Assembly: GCA_012295275.1 (NCBI GenBank)
Contig: CM022671.1
Span: forward strand, 9,734,001-9,798,000
Reading direction: 5' to 3'
DNA length: 64,000 nt
Source of the DNA: Chrysomallon squamiferum
Taxonomy: Eukaryota; Animalia; Mollusca
In this document: piece after piece, positions 56,861 through 64,000 of the stretch
How the letters are laid out: every line of letters starts with the position of its first letter
Position numbering within the stretch: position 1 is the stretch's first letter
Made by a program: the position numbers and the translations under genes
Notes under the pieces: model-generated
Told to the model about the DNA's origin: nothing
The model's database searches: none
Seen by the model: only the letters and a program-made list of their open reading frames with translations

Positions 56861-58195
56861 ATTTTATTTATTTATTTTAGTTGAAAAAGTAGGAGATCGC
56901 GGTTTTGTAATATGAACAACCACCCTTATCAGGGAAAATCATAAAAAGTTGAGCTCTGAGTACATAGTTATAAAACAATAGTTGAAACCATTATAATTTT
57001 TCATTTTAATATTTATTTCCATTTTCAATACATGAGGTGGTATTTACATATAAAAAGCAAATTGATCACGTGTTATTTGAACGTGTTTATTGCCTTGACA
57101 CATTCATTGCTTGATATCAGTTTTACAAAAAAAAAATTTTTTTAAATTTAAATGTTCCTCAATGCATTCTTCTTGTTTAGTATTAGAAAATCCATCATAA
57201 AGAAATATTTTCACTTATTTTGATGAATTTAGATATAAAAGACAATTTTCTTTTTTAAGTTGACCAGAATGTAAGATTTACAATTTGTAGTGATACTTTT
57301 TTATAGATCTATATTTTGTTTAAATTATTTGTTATTTATTGTTTAAACTTATTACAATAAGAGACATGATTTTATTTATAATAATTTCTTTCTAACATTA
57401 TAGACAATTAAACACAATGGAAAAATACTTCTAAATAATTATTCTATCAAATCTTATTATTGTATCTACAGGAAAGACATGATTATGGAATCAGCTTCAG
57501 TTAGAAGAATATGAAGAAGAATATAAAGGTTACTTTAAATTGATGAAGTATCTACTGATATGGAACAATTATTATTCACAAAAGTTGGATTTTTGTTTCC
57601 AAAGCAGTTTCCAGAAAAAAATGTTCACAGTACACATCAGTGTTGATTGATTATTCTCCAATAGTTAACAGTGGATGATTCTTGGTTATTATGGAATGGA
57701 ACAAAAGACTTCCACTGTCATGTCTAATGACAGTGCCAAAGCAATGTGTGATTCTACATTACAAATTAGTGGAGAAGAAATAAAAATATGTGGAACAATG
57801 ATATTTATAGATAGACAACAAGCAGGTTCCAGCTTAATGTTGTTTTCATAAAGAATATTAGCTGTTAACTTTGAGAGCAACCATTAAAAAAGAAATGGGA
57901 GGTGATTAACAAAGATGTGAGACTGACTGTCTGATGGGAGGTTAACAGGTAAAGAGTGTCTAATAGACAGTCAGTAGAAGTTAAAAATGAATTGATAGAT
58001 GTAGATGAATTTAATAAACATGAGAATGTCTGTCTATTCTGTGTATTCTTCTTTTCTGAAATGTGTGTTTGTGTGCCATGCTGAGAGATAGACTGATAGA
58101 CTTATGTAGTTAGACTGAGAAATTGAGTAGCTAGACATACATATAGAGATATATATATAGATAGGTGACAACTGTATGCATATGCATAGAAAGTG

Positions 58196-58240
<45 letters not shown>

Positions 58241-58782
58241 CAGTGATATGGATGGCTAAATATGGGAATTCTGAATGAGAATTATTTCTGTTATAAATGG
58301 ACAGTAACACATACAGACTAATATGTAAAGTAGTTATAATTATTTAGGGAGATAGGAAGATGAATAGGTGATTCATGGATGGTTATTGATGGATTGTAAT
58401 ATTGATGGATAGGGAAATATATATATAGGGAGGCATTTACTTAGAGTTCGATGGATGGATATACAGATAGCTAAAGAGACAGGCAGGTCAGTAGGTTCAC
58501 ATCTAGCTATAGAATGATAAATATATAGTCAGGAAGATAGATAGAAAGATAGGTGTAAGCAAGTTGGTAAAGTGGATATGATGATGTATATGTACATAGA
58601 TAAATACACACAGAGACAGACAGAAGACCAAGAGGATTGGATCCGTGTTTGGATCAAGTTGGTGACAAACTGATAACTTAAAGGTAGATATCCAGAGATA
58701 AATACATAGGTTATATAGAAAGATATACAGAGATAATACAGATAGATTATATAGTTTGATATACAGAGATCAATACAGATAT
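56861..58782 (+). repeat. Segmental duplicate, copy 2 (of 22700-24624), containing the decayed exon at 57472-57901
   Basis: Reverse complement of 22700-24624 with few substitutions and small indels. Confidence 0.95.
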
Positions 58783-60396
58783 GGAGATAATACAGCTAGG
58801 TTATATAGATAGATATATAGAAAGATATATGGAGGTTTGAAGTAGTGTATAGTTAGATATACAGATGGTTACTGAAAAATTGACATATAAGCTAGAGAGA
58901 TAAACTGATAGGAAGGTAGAAATATTTACTGAAAGAATTCAAGTAAAATTAACTGATCAGTTTTTATTTCTAGACTCTTTGTTAGCTTTCTTTACATTTG
59001 TTGTTAAACATTTAAACTTCTGTTCATGTTATAGCATGTGAATTACAAATTTTCCTGCTTTAAAAATAAATACATTAAACATAAGAAATATTAGAAGGTG
59101 TTCACTTCCAAGACAAAATAAAAATTATACGGTAGATCATTAGCATCCTCATAAAAATGTTTTAGACAGTCTACATCATTTATTTTAATAATTAATATAA
59201 TAATAGTAGTAGTAGTAATAATAATAATAATAATAATGATAAATAAATACATTAACTAATTAATAATGTTCATCTATATTGCCTATATTACCACTAGTAT
59301 ATATATATATATATATAATAAAAAAAAATTGCACTTTTGCAAAATGGGACAACTGTAACAGAACATTCAATACAACATCATTCAATGATGCGAACTTTCT
59401 GTTAGAAAAAAAGCAGATTTAATAAGGATATTGTTATATTTGGCGACATACATTCTTGTATATACAAACTATGATGGTGTAGCAGCCAGTGCCGTAGTGT
59501 TTTTGTAAAATAATGTTTTGAGAGGTTACACTTTTATTTACAGATAAAAAAAAGAAAAGATAAAAGGATACTATGTAAACAGTTTTTGAAATATTTTAAA
59601 AATATTTACAAATGCATTGTTCTAGAAGTTTATTTCTGTACAATCCCGAATGCTTCTGTATTCAATTTTAAAACAGTTTTATATAGATGAATAAATGTTT
59701 AGTGAAAAACGGCGGAAAACTAGCGAATTGGACTTAAAGCTCAACCGGAGCAGATTAATAAATTCTAATGAAATTAGAAAATGATTATTTTTGACAATAA
59801 AATAAAATTCCTAAGCCAATGTGTTTTCTAATTCTAAATATATGCATAAATATATTAATAAAAATAGCAATCACACATATAAATGTGTGTGTGGATATTT
59901 TGATGTAGATAACAACTGCTGAAATCTCTATGTCTATAGTCCATTTTGCATTCACTAATTCCCCTTCTTTTTCTAAGGTTGATTAAAAATAATGCAGATA
60001 ATTACAGATCTATTACATTTCTAAGTTTTGAAGAAAACTATAGCTTATTTTAATAGTTTTTTTATTTTAAGAATTTCATTGGTTTACAAGCAACGAAAAT
60101 TAGGAAATATTGAAAACAATAAAAGTGAAAATGAGACTAATTCCTACTATCTCTCGTGACAATGCAGGTACCTGTGTGTGAACGTGGAGTGTGATTTATT
60201 TATTTTTGGTTTACTTTTTCTTTCTTTTGTTTGGTAGAGGTTTTTATGTTTTTCTATTTTACAAATCAAATCTAACAATTTTCTGAACATTAATATAGGC
60301 AGTCGAAATCAGTATAGTCAGCCACACTCTTTTTTCTCTTAAGTACATATCTTTTTTACTTCCCTGTTTGTTGTATTTACGTTCACATGTTTTTAT

Positions 60397-60441
<45 letters not shown>

Positions 60442-61336
60442 TTCATGTTTTTATTTAACATTTCAGCACACCAGGAGAAGACACCTGAAAAGATTAAATA
60501 TATCCTTCATTTGATTAGTTCCCACTTTGATATTGATAATAGAACTGATAGAACAGGTTCAAACATTGATTCACATATACATACACACCCACATTTGTTT
60601 GAAGAGAAATAAATTTTGTGCCATTATGAATGTTTGATGGGATTATTTGTTTCCAGTCTCGCTCAGTTGTCATAGTTGCACATTTTTTAATTTTTTGTTT
60701 TTTTTCAGACCATGTTTTCAAACCTATATCAAATACTGGTAAATTCCTAGCCAATAGTAAGCAACTTATGCAACTTATTGTAGTGTGAACTGTAAGCTTT
60801 GTGATTTTATTTGGTGCATAAATATAAATAAATAAAAAAGAAGAAAAAAGAAAAAGTAGGGTGGAAAAATAACAACACCGTTTATTTGAAGTTTACGTCA
60901 ATGATTGGCTAATAAAAAGCAACAAATAACAATAATAAAAAAAAAAAAAAGAGTATATTTTAATAAAGGTTGTTATGTTCCTTTATTTTATTTATTTGTT
61001 TTGAACTCTTTTTCTTTCTTTTTTTTAGGATTGTATTTTCCCGACTTGACGGATTTAATTTTTTATTTGACATTTGAAGAATCTTCTACAGAATTGGTGT
61101 AATCGCATTATCATGCAACAAAAAAGTTGCTTAAAGTATTTCATTTTGTGATGCAGACAGGTAGTACTATTTATTATTATAGTTGTTAATGTGTTTGGAT
61201 TTTTTTGATTTTATTTAAGTATAATTTAAACGTCACAGCCACCTGATGGCAGCCATCTTATTCGGGAATAATATTTATTTTTATTTATTTATTTATTTAT
61301 TTTTTTTTTATTTATTTTATTTATTTTTTATTTATT

Positions 61337-61384
<48 letters not shown>

Positions 61385-61732
61385 TTTTATTATTATTATT
61401 ATTTTTTTAATATACTAATGAAACTATTAAAAGAAAATATACTGATTTTGTTTGGCAGGTTGTTTTCTGTCAGTTTATTTACGATTTATTTTTTTAAAGA
61501 TTTATGTTAAATTGCTGACTTCCTCTATCCATTAAATACTTTTTTTAACCATATTAAAGTTTATAATAGGTGGCCCTAAATTCTTTCACATTATTAAAGC
61601 TTAATACCTCTGTAGCTCAATGTTAACATTAAAAGCTAATAAAGATGAATAAATATTTAAGAAAAATATGACCAGGTTATTTCATATGTAGACACTATGT
61701 AAAATATTAATAAAATTATTTGTTATAATATT

Positions 61733-61765
<33 letters not shown>

Positions 61766-62084
61766 GATAATTTGTAATCATAATCACAAAAGACCTTAAT
61801 ATACTACAAGATCTCCATGCACAAAACACTACTAAAATGATTCTTTTTTGAAGTAGGTGTCTTATGCAGATAATATGACTAACACTACAGCATCCAAAAC
61901 TATTTACATCTGTATCTACTGACAATGTACCTGGTTGACAGTAATTGCTTCATCAAACCTATATGTATTACAACATGTTCAACTCATACAGTATAAACCT
62001 ATGAATGTATAAGGTCTTTATTATTATTATTCATTTGCTTTTTCATATCATTACTAATATTTATTTATTTTTGATGTTTTCCAG

Positions 62085-62671
62085 GACAAATTAGTTTCAT
62101 CATTGGCATGGATATTGCAGAAAGTGTAAGGAGAAAATATTCCAAATGAATTTAAAGAATGTTTCTATGAAAAATCAGATGTGAGTGAAATATTTTATAA
62201 ATTTCTCATCCAGCTACACAATCACTGACCAGTATCACACTGTAGAGTGCAAGTGCTGCTGGAATACTATAATATGATATATCGATGGTTTACATTCAGC
62301 ATGGACAGGAACAAGAAGAAAAGGGCAGAGCACCACTGAAGTCTGCTTTTTTGTGAAAACAAGCTGATGCTGGTAAAAAGACTTCATCTGGCAGATGACT
62401 GCGATGGCTGTGTTTGACGGTGGGAGGGAAAACAGCCAGGAAGTTGAGCAGCAGGTGATGTCCTGCCACATTCGAAGGACCAGGCTAGTCCTGTACCTGA
62501 TTCAGAGTGGGACCAATGCACCCATGTCCCTGACCCCTACTTCATCATCACAAAAATCCAGGCCATTTTTCAAAGAATGTATACAAGAGACTATTGATAA
62601 TGAGAACCAACAGTCTTGTGTCAAGTAATGTTTTCAGAAACCTCTCAACAGTGGCATGGTATGTTCTTTTA

Positions 62672-62725
<54 letters not shown>

Positions 62726-63850
62726 AGATCATGCATTTGTATGTGTGTGTTTGTGTGTGAGAGAGACATTGCATCATGAATGATAATAAACAAACAAAAA
62801 TGCATTTGTCAGACAAATGTAGATTGATTAAAAAAAAGAAGAAAAAAGTGTCATGTTCATGTTGGAATTGCTAAAATCTTTGTTTACCAATTAATGATAA
62901 ATCTTTTATACAGGTAACTGCTGTATTGTTCAGTTGCTGTCTAGAAAGGGATTTATGTTATGGAGAAGGATGAATCAGCTGTACAGAAACTGCAGACTGC
63001 ACAATTCCAAGTTGTAAGTTTTTTATCTTATATTTAATTCTTAGAGAAAGTGAAATAAATTTTACAGTAACAACTCTTTACTGATTGTAAAATAGCATAG
63101 TAATAATCATTTATTTGCTATTGTTTTGTTAATTAATTAAATTAATACCATTATCATCATTATCATTATAATGGATATACAAAGTATATAAAAAATATCA
63201 CGCACCCCTTTGTGTCTGAATAACCTAGTAACTGATAACAGTAAAATTTTAATTTTAATAATAACAGAAATATTAGTTATTTATTTATAACAGTTTGTTA
63301 TTTTTATTATATTATTATTATTATTTTTTTTTTTAGAATGCACATAATTGATGCACTGATGTTGGCTAGTGAAGCTGTTTCAGTAGAAGGTGCTGTCCAA
63401 CACTGAGGATAAAGTTTGTACTGCTTCCACTGGAAAAAAGAAAAAAACTGAACAGGTGAATTTGAGTTTGTTTTCTTATTATTCTAAACCTAATGAAGTT
63501 TAATTTATTTAATGTAGGAAGTTGCATTGTGTAACAAACATTAGAATTCTGTGTCATACACTGCATTTTATATCATGCTCTTTCTCTCTCTCTCTCTCAC
63601 ACAACACCCACACACACACACTTACTTTTATACAAACCTGATTATTTTGTTGTAAATTTCTATATTTTAAAATAAAAGAAGAAGTGTCATATTTTCTAAA
63701 ATCAGATTTGTTTCATCTGCATACTTATTTAATCTAGAATTAAGTACAGATGTAAAAAATTTACCTGAACAGCTTAATAATTAGTAGTTTCTTGTCCTTG
63801 AGAGTGTAATTCTTCTATTATGCTACATGTTTTATATATATATATACACA

Positions 63851-63896
<46 letters not shown>

Positions 63897-64000
63897 ATTT
63901 TTTTTCTTTCTATATTTTTTTTTATTTCCAGAGAACTGACATAGGTTTCACATCATTGAAAATGAAACAGCAGTTGGCACCAACAACACCAGTACCACCA
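62085..64000 (+). pseudogene. Probable decayed multi-exon gene fragment (62085-62180, ~62214-62624, ~62934-63013, 63337-63455, 63931-end)
   Basis: Clear splice signals (ttttccag|GAC..CAGAT|gtgagt; AGTT|gtaagt; ttttttag|AATG..ACAG|gtgaat; atttccag|AGAAC), but stops in all frames of the complete candidate exons. Family not recognised. Confidence 0.45.

Noticed and set aside
62214-62628. Possible piggyBac-like C-terminal remnant
   Set aside because: Only vague resemblance; no convincing motif order, TIR or TTAA site.

Overview
AT-rich, repeat-dense eukaryotic DNA, probably from an invertebrate animal (spliceosomal GT-AG introns, long microsatellites, 200-N scaffold gap at 29831-30030). No intact protein-coding gene is supported; most ORFs in the track are repeat artefacts. 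The window has three parts. (1) 1-12775 is a higher-order tandem array of AT-rich ~300-bp leaders, each followed by ~100-bp monomers, then a 31-bp minisatellite. (2) ~14.7-41.8 kb is a mosaic of decayed exon fragments and transposon relics: an intron-containing Sola-like DDD transposase, an RRM-domain gene fragment, a possible LRR-like exon, a MULE deletion derivative with TIRs, a LINE relic and a Tc1 3' end. Several segments are duplicated in inverted orientation across the gap. (3) 41771-56856 is a composite array of two interleaved satellite families, one with foldback inverted repeats, followed by a recent duplicate segment and further decayed plus-strand exons. The most striking signal is that the three superficially different satellite families share one core (AAGGGAGATAACTCTA-like) at a conserved 42-43 bp spacing and flank the exon mosaic mainly in opposite orientation.
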